Part shown: in pieces, positions 39,901 through 48,566 of the stretch
How positions within the stretch are numbered: position 1 is the stretch's first letter
How the letters are laid out: each line of letters begins with the position of its first letter
Origin: an uncultured delta proteobacterium
GTDB taxonomy: Bacteria; Desulfobacterota; Binatia; Binatales; Binataceae
NCBI GenBank assembly: GCA_963794325.1
Contig: CAWCDG010000010.1
Coordinates: 1-64,000 of the forward strand
Direction: 5' to 3'
DNA length: 64,000 nt
The notes under the pieces: generated by a model
Databases searched by the model: none
What the model was told of the DNA's origin: nothing
The model's input: the letters and a program-made list of their open reading frames with translations, nothing else
Position numbers and translations under genes: made by a program

Positions 39901-40300
39901 CCCGGGGCGAGACAGTTTCCGGCGACAATTCGGGAATCAGCTGCGCTATCTCAGGCGGCAGCGCGGAGTGCCGGTCCCGCTCGCGGGGCTCGTGGATGAT
40001 AAGTGAGCGCAGGACATCCACCCAAGGCAAATAGGCCGGCGCGCCTCCGCCTTCCCAGCATCGGCCCCACACGACTCGCATCCCGCGCGATGCGGCCTCG
40101 GCCGCGAGCTCGTCAGCGAGACGAGTTTTGCCAATCCCGGGTTCGCCGGAGATAAGGAACACTCCGCCCAGCCGCCCCCGTCCGGAAGTCGCATCCGCGA
40201 GTCCGTCGCGCAACTCCGACAGCTCGCGCTCGCGTCCAACTAATTGCGCTCGCGACGCCGTGGAAGGTGTGTCTTCGCCGCGGTCCGTAGGTGCCCCCAG
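36974..40300 (-). CDS. STAND-type AAA ATPase with TPR region and C-terminal putative DNA-binding domain
   Basis: LVGRERE, GEPGIGKT, LDDLH, GNPLF, FTHPLIR; C-terminal FRKEGEYW..ERARVNVTRQIK; frame open back to CTG at 40300. Confidence 0.85.
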   Translation of the reverse strand: MGAPTDRGEDTPSTASRAQLVGRERELSELRDGLADATSGRGRLGGVFLISGEPGIGKTRLADELAAEAASRGMRVVWGRCWEGGGAPAYLPWVDVLRSLIIHEPRERDRHSALPPEIAQLIPELSPETVSPRVPSDPQQARFRLFDAVATLLKQLARAEPLLVILDDLHEADHSSLELLKFVARGLTDSRIVIVGTHRDAEVRRSPYLSETISEILRYGRAIQLAGLDQNEVTQMVEDRAQRLPSAAFASELHRVTAGNPLFVDGVVRVLLAERNLGTSDRIDLRGFKLPEDVRGAIRKRLGLLSTHAQSVLAIAAVVGQEFDIALVRRISDLSAEASGELMDEASEVGVVTLSSHDSYRFTHPLIRESLYVGSTEAERTRLHRAIGEALEQLHAANLAPHLAELAHHFFEAAVDEKAIRYSIGAGDAAYAVFAYAEAGASWKAAMRLIDLKDGDDSRRVSVLMHLGDEMVTPGPKAIDYLQGALRASEKLGDWPSACEAHIRIGAYCARPNMIMDLPRAFEHLRKAEELAAQDPSGVGLAWVLMARAGAFISSNAVDDGIATARRAIELCERADGIKSLQIYTAFELGLFLVKQGHVRQGLKMLNHASIETDATDDVTIGSMVAVNTAVLLVMLGDPREAQARLNRELARDRTAHSPFRRSMIHHILSMACAETGELAEVDRHDKEWVMLTSPVGAWPHDVSRLFYRGDWDSARKLAEQCLDGWIARGGLEMAIAVGFLLVRLHRMQEEYALAKEVCAQVLSMATPHGDVASELRGTAELALICAIAGPTGEASRYLARCREIVDGGEDWRGLGGHFHRAAGVCAAAVGDSAKGEQHFATAIDIFRRFTLPWEEAETLLYWGRALATGDARASEKFDAALEIYERQGAGQRWVDRVESDRQASACSSVAQRDSGTSQSIFRKEGEYWKTAYEGGSANVRERGGMRFIAMLLGHPGEEIPAIEMFATLSAGAGISPAQDGLNAASDLGDAGEEFDARALSEYRRRLAEVESEIEAAEASHDSGAVARARAEQEMLSQEIASGTGLHGGLRRAASHRERARVNVTRQIKSAIDAVRKVNPPLGRHLANCISTGSTCRYAPADRIKWQL

Positions 40301-40440
40301 CTATGCGGCCGACAAAAATGCCGTCGAGAGCCGCAGAGTGGCACAACCTTATCGAAGGCGTCGCTCAAAGGTCTACAGCAGCGAATCAGCCTCAATCAGG
40401 AACCGGAAGTTCGAATTCCTAAGTCCCTGCGGGAGTTCGA

Positions 40441-41091
40441 TCAGCCGCCCGCGACTGGGACGGCGGCGACGCCTTGCAGGTTGCGGATGCTTGGGCGCTC
40501 CATCATCCGCTTGATCCAGGCGTCGATGTTGTTGCGGTTGTTGCCGAGCACGTCGATGCCGATCTCGTTCAGGATCATCATCCGCGGCGCGAAGCCGATG
40601 TCGGCGACCGAGAACTCACCCGCGAGAAAGTTGTTACCCTGCAATTCGTGATTGAGGTAGTCGAGCACGCGCTCGACCGACTGATGGAGCCGCTGGACGC
40701 GACCCTGGTCGCGGTCGCCTTCGGGCTTGGAGGCCTCGGCGATGAGCTGGCCCACCGGCGGCGTGAACGAGGTGTCCGCGAAATCCTCGAACGACCGCGC
40801 GCGCGAGCGCATCGCACTGGAACCGACCGGCGGCAGCATTGGCGGCTCGGGATATTCGTCGTCGAGGTACTCGTTGATAATCGTCGAGTCGTAAATGGTC
40901 GTGTCGTCGTCGACCAGCACCGGCACGCGTCCGAACGGGTTGAGCCGCAAAAAGTCGGGCTTGCGGTTTTCGTGCTGGGTCAAATCGACATTGATGAGGT
41001 CGTAGGTCAGCGCCTTCTCGGCCAGCACGATGCGCACCTTCTGGCCGTAGGGGCAGGACAGGAAGTCGTAGAGTTTGATCATATCGGGCAC
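40441..41091 (-). CDS. Glutathione S-transferase family (SspA-like)
   Basis: CPYGQKVRIVLAEK, LNPFGRVPVL, DSTIINEYLD, FSVADI. Confidence 0.9.
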   Translation of the reverse strand: MPDMIKLYDFLSCPYGQKVRIVLAEKALTYDLINVDLTQHENRKPDFLRLNPFGRVPVLVDDDTTIYDSTIINEYLDDEYPEPPMLPPVGSSAMRSRARSFEDFADTSFTPPVGQLIAEASKPEGDRDQGRVQRLHQSVERVLDYLNHELQGNNFLAGEFSVADIGFAPRMMILNEIGIDVLGNNRNNIDAWIKRMMERPSIRNLQGVAAVPVAGG

Positions 41092-41095
41092 GTCC

Positions 41096-41551
41096 TCATT
41101 CGGCCTGCGCCGCGACGGTAATCTTCAAGCTGGCTTCAACCTCGGAATCGAGCTTGACCGGCACCGTGAAATCTCCGAGCTGCTTGATGGGCTCGGGCAG
41201 GTGAATTTTACGCCGCTCGATATCGAGGCCGTTCTCGCGGAGCGCGCGCTCGAGATCGATATTGGTAACGGAGCCGAACAGCTTGCCTTCTTCGCCGGCG
41301 CGGGCGTGGAGGGTCAGGGTGAGCGCTTCGATTTTCGCCTTTACCGCGAGCGCGTCGGTGCGCTTGATCTCGCCGCGCCGCGCAGCGGTGCGCTTCTGAT
41401 GCTCGAAGGCGCGGATATTTTTCTGATCCGCCTCGACCGCGAGCTTGCGCGGCAGCAGATAGTTGCGCGCGTAGCCGGCGCGGACCTTGACCACGTCGCC
41501 GGTCCTTCCCAGGTTAGGAAGGTCCTCGTTGAGTATGACTTGCACGTTCAT
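41096..41551 (-). CDS. rplI: 50S ribosomal protein L9
   Basis: LGRTGDVVKVRAGYARNYLLP, KLFGSVT. Confidence 0.97.
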   Translation of the reverse strand: MNVQVILNEDLPNLGRTGDVVKVRAGYARNYLLPRKLAVEADQKNIRAFEHQKRTAARRGEIKRTDALAVKAKIEALTLTLHARAGEEGKLFGSVTNIDLERALRENGLDIERRKIHLPEPIKQLGDFTVPVKLDSEVEASLKITVAAQAE

Positions 41552-41575
41552 CTATGTCTCCTGAGTACCGAATAA

Positions 41576-41625
41576 CCCTCGCCCGCGTGCGGGAGAGGGA
41601 ACGGCGTCCGCGCCTGGGGTGAGGG
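41576..41625 (+). repeat. Family D palindromic repeat inside the ribosomal operon
   Basis: CCCTCGCCCGC..GCGGGAGAGGG..GGGGTGAGGG. Confidence 0.65.
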
Positions 41626-41657
41626 TTCTGTTGGGGTTACAGGTTTGGCTTTTCATC

Positions 41658-42614
41658 TTAGAAAAAATCGCCCAGGTTGTTCGCTTCGGGGCTCGGGGGC
41701 TTGAGCCGCCGGAAGTCGATCCACATGTCGAAGACGCCCGCGACAGACACGAGCCCTGCTACCACCGGTTGCGCGAATACGACGAAATAAATTATGCCGC
41801 GAACGATCGACGGAACCGCGAGCGACTGAAAATAGAATCCGATGATCGCGAGTCCCTGGCAAAAATAAATCGCCGCGATGCAGATGAAGCCGTTGAGCGC
41901 GATTGCGCTAATCGCCGAGACCGGGATGAATAATCCGAAGCCGCTCGCGAGCAACAGCCACACCATCCATTCCGGCGCCGACCATCGCGAAAGATCGCCA
42001 AACAGGCTGTACGCCAGCCGCTGCGGCCCGGCCCATCGCCAGAACACGCGCAGATTCAGCAGCATCGTGCTCGCCGCGACCAGCAGCGCAAACGCCGGCG
42101 ACAGATGCATCGTGAGCGCGATGACGCTCGCCTGCATGTCGGCGGAAACCGTCTGCTGAATCCCGAGCAGCTTTTGGAAGTCCTGCCCGCGCGCCATCCC
42201 CTGCGCAAGTTCGTCGTGGACGGTCTTGATAAGCGCGTCGGGGCCGCCCATGATCACCAGCGCTGCTACGATCGAAGCCGTTACCATAATGCCCGAACCG
42301 ACCGCCGTGACCATTTCGAAGGAGAAGCGCCGCTCGAGCATGTAGCACGCGATTGCCGTCGCAAGGCCGAACGACACGAAGTAGGCGAGGCCGCCGGTAA
42401 ATCCCCACAGGATTGTGACGAATGCGGTCGCAAGCAGGACCGCAATAGTCGCGCGCAGGTTGGCACTCGGACGGCCGACGGCATAAATCAGGATTGGCGC
42501 GGGCGCGAGCATCATCAGGATGCCGCCGATGACCGGGATCGCGCCGCCGGCAAGGAAGAACGCGCCGGCCAACGCGGCTGCTCGAACCATCCCTATGACA
42601 GCTTTGCGGGTCAC
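41658..42614 (-). CDS. DUF2232 (YybS-like) membrane protein
   Basis: Many TM segments; YFCQGLA and GVFDMWIDFRR motifs; between rpsR and rplI. Confidence 0.88.
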   Translation of the reverse strand: MTRKAVIGMVRAAALAGAFFLAGGAIPVIGGILMMLAPAPILIYAVGRPSANLRATIAVLLATAFVTILWGFTGGLAYFVSFGLATAIACYMLERRFSFEMVTAVGSGIMVTASIVAALVIMGGPDALIKTVHDELAQGMARGQDFQKLLGIQQTVSADMQASVIALTMHLSPAFALLVAASTMLLNLRVFWRWAGPQRLAYSLFGDLSRWSAPEWMVWLLLASGFGLFIPVSAISAIALNGFICIAAIYFCQGLAIIGFYFQSLAVPSIVRGIIYFVVFAQPVVAGLVSVAGVFDMWIDFRRLKPPSPEANNLGDFF

Positions 42615-42626
42615 TGGTTACGCCGT

Positions 42627-42992
42627 TTAGACCCCGAGCGTCGAGAACGGCAGTAGCGCAAGCACGCGCGCGCGCTTGATCGCGACGGCAAGTTGGCGCT
42701 GATGCTTGGCGCAATTGCCCGAGGTTCGGCTTGGCACTATCTTGCCGCCCTCGGTGATGAAACTGCCGAGCGTTCGCACGTCCTTGTAGTCGACCTTGAG
42801 CGTCTTGTCGGCGCAGAAGCGGCATACTTTGCGACGTCCGCCCGGTCGACCCCGACGCATCCCGCCGCCGCGACCTTCGCCAGTGCGGCCTTCGCCACGA
42901 TCGTCGCCGCCAGGGCGCGGACCGCCGTAGCGTCCGCCGCCACCTTCGCGCGGCCGGTCGCCGCCTCTTTCCGATCTTTCTTCGTCAGCCAT
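42627..42992 (-). CDS. rpsR: 30S ribosomal protein S18 (Cys-containing form, RG-rich N-terminal extension)
   Basis: [31 protein letters not shown]. Confidence 0.97.
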   Translation of the reverse strand: MADEERSERGGDRPREGGGGRYGGPRPGGDDRGEGRTGEGRGGGMRRGRPGGRRKVCRFCADKTLKVDYKDVRTLGSFITEGGKIVPSRTSGNCAKHQRQLAVAIKRARVLALLPFSTLGV

Positions 42993-43033
42993 TTAATTCC
43001 CTGAAAATATTTCCTTAGCGAAAGTTTTAGTCT

Positions 43034-43321
43034 CTATTCACGTCGCTCGATCGACGCGGCAACGACTTCGTAAGCCGCATCGTTCTTCAAGCTGCCCTTC
43101 AATGCTCTCATCCTTCCGATCACCTTAACCTGACGCCCTGGCTTCAGGAGCGGCTTTGCCGCTATCGCCGATTCGCCCGTCATCACGATCCCGAGTCTCA
43201 GTTCTTCGCCGGGCGCGCCGCATTCGACGATAAAGCGAACGACTGGCGTACCGGCGGGCGTGACACGAACTTCGGGCGGGACGAGCAGCCGGCCTTCCAG
43301 CTCAATCCGGTTCCCTGTCAC
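43034..43321 (-). CDS. priB: Primosomal protein PriB / SSB-like OB-fold
   Basis: NRIELEG..RVTPAGTPV; 95 aa with no acidic SSB tail; between rpsF and rpsR. Confidence 0.75.
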   Translation of the reverse strand: MTGNRIELEGRLLVPPEVRVTPAGTPVVRFIVECGAPGEELRLGIVMTGESAIAAKPLLKPGRQVKVIGRMRALKGSLKNDAAYEVVAASIERRE

Positions 43322-43793
43322 CTTCGGGCCCGGCGATTTCGTCGACCGCCGCTTCCATTATCTCTTCGGGAGCGTCGGGCGCTTCCTCGACGGGCTGCTC
43401 GCGCGAGGCCATCAGAGCCGCCGCGCGCGCTTCCTGCGCAGCCTTGGCCTCGGCGATACGACGGTTGCGCGCCTCGAGTTCCTCGCGCGCCTTTGCGACG
43501 TCGGCGTTGTCGTCGACCAGCACGGACAGATAACGCAGGACGGTGTCGGAGATGCGCAAATTGCGTTCGACCTCGTTCATCACGGGGCCGGGCGAAACGT
43601 AGTCGAGTCGAACGTAGAAGCCGCGGCGCTCGCCCTTGATTTTGTAGGCAAGCTCGCGCGATCCCCATTCCTCAGTTTCAATCATCTCGCCGGCGCCGGC
43701 CGCGATGATACCTTCGTAGCGTTTGATGGCTTCCTTGATTTGGGGGTCTCCCGAATCAGGGCGGAGAATAAAAATAGTTTCGTAGCGCCGCAT
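43302..43793 (-). CDS. rpsF: 30S ribosomal protein S6 with acidic C-terminal extension
   Basis: MRRYETIFILRPD..WGSRELAYKI; true start at 43793. Confidence 0.96.
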   Translation of the reverse strand: MRRYETIFILRPDSGDPQIKEAIKRYEGIIAAGAGEMIETEEWGSRELAYKIKGERRGFYVRLDYVSPGPVMNEVERNLRISDTVLRYLSVLVDDNADVAKAREELEARNRRIAEAKAAQEARAAALMASREQPVEEAPDAPEEIMEAAVDEIAGPEGDREPD

Positions 43794-43805
43794 GCGCTTG
43801 CACGT

Positions 43806-43845
43806 CCTCCTTACGGATTGCAGCCCCAGGTTGGAGCAAGGAGCA
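43806..43845 (-). ncRNA. S6:S18-binding ribosomal leader RNA
   Basis: Minus strand GCTCCTTGC..ATCCGTAAGGAGG: anti-SD stem and CCG motif as in the known rpsF leader. Confidence 0.75.
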
Positions 43846-43998
43846 ATCCCATAAAGTACCATCGCGGGTATGCGGCCTCAAGGCCGCCCCGCAGTTATTT
43901 AAGGGGCGGGAAATCGTTCGCGGCGTTAGTCTTGCCATTGACGAACGGTCTGTTAATGAGAAGATGCGGTCGCGATCGCGATTCAGGAGGATCGGTAG

Positions 43999-45234
43999 AT
44001 GGCCAAGCCCAAAAAGAAAATGAGGAAACCGGCGCCCAAAGCGCGCAAAATTGCTCCCAAAGCGGTCAAGCGGAAAAAGGCGAAGGCGGTGAAGCGGCCG
44101 GCTCCGAAGAAATCGGCCAAGCCGATAGGACGCCGAGTCGCCGAAATAGTGACGGCCGCGACTCGCGCATCGGTCGATTTCGAGACCGCGGCCGGGCGGA
44201 TCGAGCGCGCAGCGGTGCGAAAAGTGGGCGAAGTCGCGGTCCGGGCGACGCGCGCGATGAGGCACGCCGTCGCGGACTCGCCGAAAATCCCCAGCTATGA
44301 CCAATTGCCGGTACGCGCAGGCGCTCCGGCGGGCGCTGCGTGGGGTGTGTTCGGCGACGACGACGAAGTCGGCACGATCAACCTGCTGACCCCTGAGCGG
44401 GTAATCGCGGCGACGTCGTCGATTCGCACCGGCAAAGTGTTCGCGCTGAATCTCCCGATCAACATTCCCGATCCGCCGCTGTTCACGCGCGGCAAGCATA
44501 CGCACACCGTAAAGATTTTCCCGAGTGCAGAATTCGTGCTCGACGACTTCCTGGACAACTTCTACCCGCAAGCGTCATCGCAATGGGACGCGCTCGCGCA
44601 CGTGAAGCATCCGGTGCATGGGGCATACAACGGGATTCCCGACATAGAGATAACCGGGCGCGGCGGGACGCGGCTGGGTATCGACAACCTGGCGCGGCGC
44701 GGAATCGCGGGACGCGGAGTGCTCGCGGACGTGGCGCGCTACTACGATCGCGTCGGCAAGACGATCAACTTCACCAAGTCCGAATCGATTCCGCTCGACG
44801 ATGTGAAAGCTACGCTCGAAGACGAGGGCATCGAGCTGCAAGCCGGCGATATCCTGCTGATTCGCATCGGATGGACGAAGTTCTACCTGTCGGCGAGCCA
44901 CGAGATTAAAGAAGAGCTGGCGAAAGAGACCGTCGTGCCGGGAATCGAAGGCAGCGAGCGGACCGCGCGCTGGCTGTGGGACAATCACCTGGCCGCGGTC
45001 GCATCGGATTCGCCGGCGCTGGAGGCATTGCCAAAGCCGGCGGGCGAGGAAATGGAGTTTCTGCATTTCCACATGCTCGCGTTTTTCGGGATGCCGATCG
45101 GCGAGATGTGGAACCTCGAGGGGCTCGCGGATGAATGCGCCGCCGACGGCAACTACGATTTCTTCCTGACCTCGGCGCCGCTGAACATCCCAGGAGGAGT
45201 AGGCTCGCCGCCGAATGCGCTGGCGATCAAGTAG
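43999..45234 (+). CDS. Cyclase-family (kynurenine formamidase-like) hydrolase with Lys/Ala-rich N-terminus
   Basis: WGVFGDDDEVGTINLLT, SSQWDALAH, GRGVLAD, GEMWNL, GSPPNALA. Confidence 0.88.
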   Translation: MAKPKKKMRKPAPKARKIAPKAVKRKKAKAVKRPAPKKSAKPIGRRVAEIVTAATRASVDFETAAGRIERAAVRKVGEVAVRATRAMRHAVADSPKIPSYDQLPVRAGAPAGAAWGVFGDDDEVGTINLLTPERVIAATSSIRTGKVFALNLPINIPDPPLFTRGKHTHTVKIFPSAEFVLDDFLDNFYPQASSQWDALAHVKHPVHGAYNGIPDIEITGRGGTRLGIDNLARRGIAGRGVLADVARYYDRVGKTINFTKSESIPLDDVKATLEDEGIELQAGDILLIRIGWTKFYLSASHEIKEELAKETVVPGIEGSERTARWLWDNHLAAVASDSPALEALPKPAGEEMEFLHFHMLAFFGMPIGEMWNLEGLADECAADGNYDFFLTSAPLNIPGGVGSPPNALAIK

Positions 45235-45290
45235 GACGGAATTTATTCCGTCAACCCCCGTCGCAGAGAGACGAGCGCGCGAATCCGATC

Positions 45291-45325
45291 CCCCTTCCCA
45301 CTATGGGAAGGGGTTAGGGGTTAGG
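45291..45325 (+). repeat. Palindromic repeat, family B (variant loop)
   Basis: CCCCTTCCCACTATGGGAAGGGGTTAGGGGTTAGG. Confidence 0.85.
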
Positions 45326-45357
45326 TTGCCGCGCTTCGATCACGACGGGCTGCCCGC

Positions 45358-46650
45358 TCAGTGACCCGCTTTCGTCAGCGCTTCAGTCGTGAAGAAGCTC
45401 TTGTCCACTGCGCCCATGTTGATGTACCAGCACTCGCGCTCGGGCGTGTCCGGTCCGGGCAGGTAGCAGGTCGTCGAGACGCCCGACTGCACGTCGATGC
45501 TCGAGGCGGCGACGATGAACTCGCGCTTGAACGGATAGACCGCAATCTTTGCGTCGGGCACCGGGCGGTCGCGATATGTGTTCAGATAAATCTGCACCTT
45601 CCACAGCTCGCCCTTTTGATCGTAACTGTCGACGTACGGATTGAACCATCCTTCGCCGTCAACGTACACGATGGTCTTCGACTGCAGGACGCCCTCTATT
45701 CTTTCCGGACGCGGCGTCACTTCGACGACGTAAAGGTGGCGCATCTCCCAATCTTCGTTGCATGAAGTCGCGCCGCCGTCAGTCGGACATGGATGCGCCG
45801 GCGAGTTCTGCGCGTGCACGCACGCGAGCATGTTTTTATCGCCGAGATATTTGAAATTGTACTCCTGCGGCTTGGCGCCAAAACCGCCGGCGTGATCGGC
45901 GTCCCAGGTCGAGAGGCCCGGCGATGAACTCAAGATCACTTCGCTCACCCGCCGCACGCGCCGCGTCCCCGCCAGGAATGCCCACGTGTCGTCGGCCTTC
46001 AGCGCATCCCAGTAGCGGTAGAGAATCGCACCGCTGCCGCGATCTTCGGCGGGCGCGAGAGTCGGATACGCCCCAGCCCGCGCCCAAATCCCGGTAGTCT
46101 TGAAATCCGGATCTACCGGCAGCGGTTCGACTTCGGTGCGTCCGATATCGCTGTAACCCGCCAGATGCCCGACCTCGGTCTGCGTCATCAGCGACTGTTG
46201 CGCGCCGGGATTTTGCTTCGCCACCTGGCATTCGAAAAAGCGCAAATCGTAATCGTCGGAAGCGATCGGCTTGAAGTACTGGTTCCACATGATCTTGGTC
46301 GCGACCTCAGGATCGTTGGGATCCAGCAACGGGAACGGCTGTCCCGCCACGTAGCCGAGCAAGTCGCGATGGTCGGGGGCGAGGCGCACCTGTCCTGAAT
46401 ATTTTTCAGTCGCATCCTGGTAAGGCGGTGGCCAGGTGACGCGGCTGGGCGCGACGATATTCATCTGCATGCCGCGAGAGACCGCGATGAAGGTGCCGGG
46501 GCTGACCAGCGCGCGGACCTGATCCGCGTTGTTCGCGGTGATATGGTCGCCGGGTTTTACCTGGGCGTGAGCGTTGGAGAGGAAGGAGGTCAGCGCTAAT
46601 AAGATGGCGATGAAGGACAGCGTGAAACGGAGCCCGTTCGGTTTTTTCAT
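45358..46650 (-). CDS. DUF1329 family secreted protein
   Basis: Signal peptide; AGQPFP..KIMWN, RRVRR, YDQKGELWK. Confidence 0.85.
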   Translation of the reverse strand: MKKPNGLRFTLSFIAILLALTSFLSNAHAQVKPGDHITANNADQVRALVSPGTFIAVSRGMQMNIVAPSRVTWPPPYQDATEKYSGQVRLAPDHRDLLGYVAGQPFPLLDPNDPEVATKIMWNQYFKPIASDDYDLRFFECQVAKQNPGAQQSLMTQTEVGHLAGYSDIGRTEVEPLPVDPDFKTTGIWARAGAYPTLAPAEDRGSGAILYRYWDALKADDTWAFLAGTRRVRRVSEVILSSSPGLSTWDADHAGGFGAKPQEYNFKYLGDKNMLACVHAQNSPAHPCPTDGGATSCNEDWEMRHLYVVEVTPRPERIEGVLQSKTIVYVDGEGWFNPYVDSYDQKGELWKVQIYLNTYRDRPVPDAKIAVYPFKREFIVAASSIDVQSGVSTTCYLPGPDTPERECWYINMGAVDKSFFTTEALTKAGH

Positions 46651-46682
46651 ATTCTAAAGTATCACTTTAACTCCACCGCGCG

Positions 46683-47354
46683 TCACTTTAGTTCTACAGC
46701 GATTTGGCGATAGCGTTGCGTGCCGACGTTGACGAAGCCTCGATGCGAACCTTTGGCAAACCATAGCACGGCGCCCGCGGAAAGCGACTCCTCGCGCGAG
46801 CGCTCATTGTTGCCATCGGTAGTGTCGCCGACCCGCTCGACAATTTTCACCGGGCCGCCTTCGGCGATGTACACCGCGGTGTCATGCGACCATCGGCGCA
46901 GGCCACTATGTCCGCCGGGCGCGAGGGTGGTTTCGGAAACGCGGACGCGCGGGTTGTCGAGAATCGTGATCGTGCCGGGCTCCGGCTCCTTGCCGGCGAC
47001 TGCCTCGCATCCTGTGAAGCCCAACTTCTCGCGCCCCGGTTTGGCCGGCCGTTTGAGCTCGAACAGCGCCTCGAAAAATCGCGTGTCGCCCATATTGTGC
47101 GCCGCCTCGATTCCTCCCGCCGGAACGAAATAGGTGGCGCGCGCCTTGACCGGAAACGGCATCATCTTACGGCCGCCGGGCGAGTGCGCGCCGACGTTCG
47201 CGCTCGACAGGATGAACAGCACGTAGTCCATCGTATGGTGATGCAGTCCGCAGACCGCGCCGGGCGCGAGGTCCATCTCCCACACGCGCACGTCGTCGTT
47301 GTCGAAAATCATCCGCGTCGCGACCGGACCGTATTCCTCTGCATGCTCGCTCAT
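46683..47354 (-). CDS. Tandem (bi)cupin protein
   Basis: Two copies of DNxxVRVxExxLAPG; only the first keeps the His cluster (LHHH). Confidence 0.75.
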   Translation of the reverse strand: MSEHAEEYGPVATRMIFDNDDVRVWEMDLAPGAVCGLHHHTMDYVLFILSSANVGAHSPGGRKMMPFPVKARATYFVPAGGIEAAHNMGDTRFFEALFELKRPAKPGREKLGFTGCEAVAGKEPEPGTITILDNPRVRVSETTLAPGGHSGLRRWSHDTAVYIAEGGPVKIVERVGDTTDGNNERSREESLSAGAVLWFAKGSHRGFVNVGTQRYRQIAVELK

Positions 47355-47358
47355 CGTC

Positions 47359-47556
47359 TCACTCCTGTTCGAAGCATCCGCGATCTGTTCCGCACGAATC
47401 CGCATCAACCGGCCGCCCGTCAGGTCCAACCGGCCGCTGCGTCTTGAGGCATGTATAGCATGCAGTCGGTTCGTCGGGCTTGAAAATGCGATCGCCGTCG
47501 GGGGTGCGATAGTACGCAGTCTTGGTGCGCAGCAGCGCGCAAAATGGCGACGGCAT
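47359..47556 (-). CDS. 65-aa Cys-rich protein coupled to the molybdoenzyme operon
   Basis: Starts 1 nt after the FAD-subunit stop; CALLRTK..CYTCLKT..GPDG..C..RGCF. Confidence 0.7.
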   Translation of the reverse strand: MPSPFCALLRTKTAYYRTPDGDRIFKPDEPTACYTCLKTQRPVGPDGRPVDADSCGTDRGCFEQE

Positions 47557-47557
47557 A

Positions 47558-48550
47558 TCAGGCGGCCTCCAAGCCGGCGGCGTGCATGATCGCGCGGCGC
47601 ACGATCACCTTGGCAATCACTACTTTGTACGCGTTGTCGGACATCGGCGACGCGTCTTTCAGCGCAGCTTCAGCCGCCGCGCGAGCGCGCGATTCGTCGA
47701 GCGGCCCGCTCTTGAGCGCGGCTTCCGCTTCGAGAGATCGCCACGGGATGGGTGCGACGGCGCCCATCACGACGCGCGCATCGCGGACGGTCTTCGCACC
47801 GGGCGCGCCATCGAGCACAATCGCGACGCTGACCAGCGGCCAATCGAAGCTCTGCTTCTCGCGCGCCTCCAGGTAATGACTGCGCACGCCGGCGGACGGC
47901 GCGGGCACGATCACTTCGGTGACTATTTCGCCGGCCTTCAGAGAATTTTCGCGCTTCGGATCGACGGTCGGCAGTGTGAAGAACTTTTCCAGCTCGATGC
48001 TGCGCTGTCCATTGGGGCCGACGATCGTCGCGCTCGCGCGCATCGCAATCAGTGCGGGGGCCAGGTTCGACGGATGCACGATGAACGACGGACCGCCGCC
48101 GAGAATCGCGTGGTAACGATTCAGCCCGCCGATCGAGTAGCAGGTGTCGCCGCCCTTCTTCAGGCAATTCACGTCGGGATTGCGGAAGTACCAGCATCGC
48201 GGACGTTGCAGGAGATTCCCGCCGACCGTGCCGAGGTTGCGAATCTGCGCCGTCGCCGCCTCGCCGGCCGCCTCCGCAATCGCGGTAAACTTCGCACGAA
48301 TCACCGGATGCTCGGCGACTTCGCTCAGCTTCACCGTCGCGCCGAGGCGAAGATCTCCGGATGGGCGCACCTCGATTCCGCCAAGTTCCTTGAGGCCCTT
48401 GAGATTCACCAGCGCGGTCGGCGCCATGATATTTTGCTTCGACAAATCGACGACATCGACGCCGCCCGCGAATGCGACGTTGCCATCTTCAGCGAGCAGT
48501 CGCGACGCGCTCGCGACGTCTGCTGGCGTAATCACTTCGAATCGGTTCAT
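47558..48550 (-). CDS. Xanthine dehydrogenase family FAD subunit (PaoB/YagS-like)
   Basis: AGGVD, QIRNLGTVGGNLLQRPRCWYFR, GAVAPIPWR, NAYK. Confidence 0.9.
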   Translation of the reverse strand: MNRFEVITPADVASASRLLAEDGNVAFAGGVDVVDLSKQNIMAPTALVNLKGLKELGGIEVRPSGDLRLGATVKLSEVAEHPVIRAKFTAIAEAAGEAATAQIRNLGTVGGNLLQRPRCWYFRNPDVNCLKKGGDTCYSIGGLNRYHAILGGGPSFIVHPSNLAPALIAMRASATIVGPNGQRSIELEKFFTLPTVDPKRENSLKAGEIVTEVIVPAPSAGVRSHYLEAREKQSFDWPLVSVAIVLDGAPGAKTVRDARVVMGAVAPIPWRSLEAEAALKSGPLDESRARAAAEAALKDASPMSDNAYKVVIAKVIVRRAIMHAAGLEAA

Positions 48551-48566
48551 CGCGATTCCAAATCGT

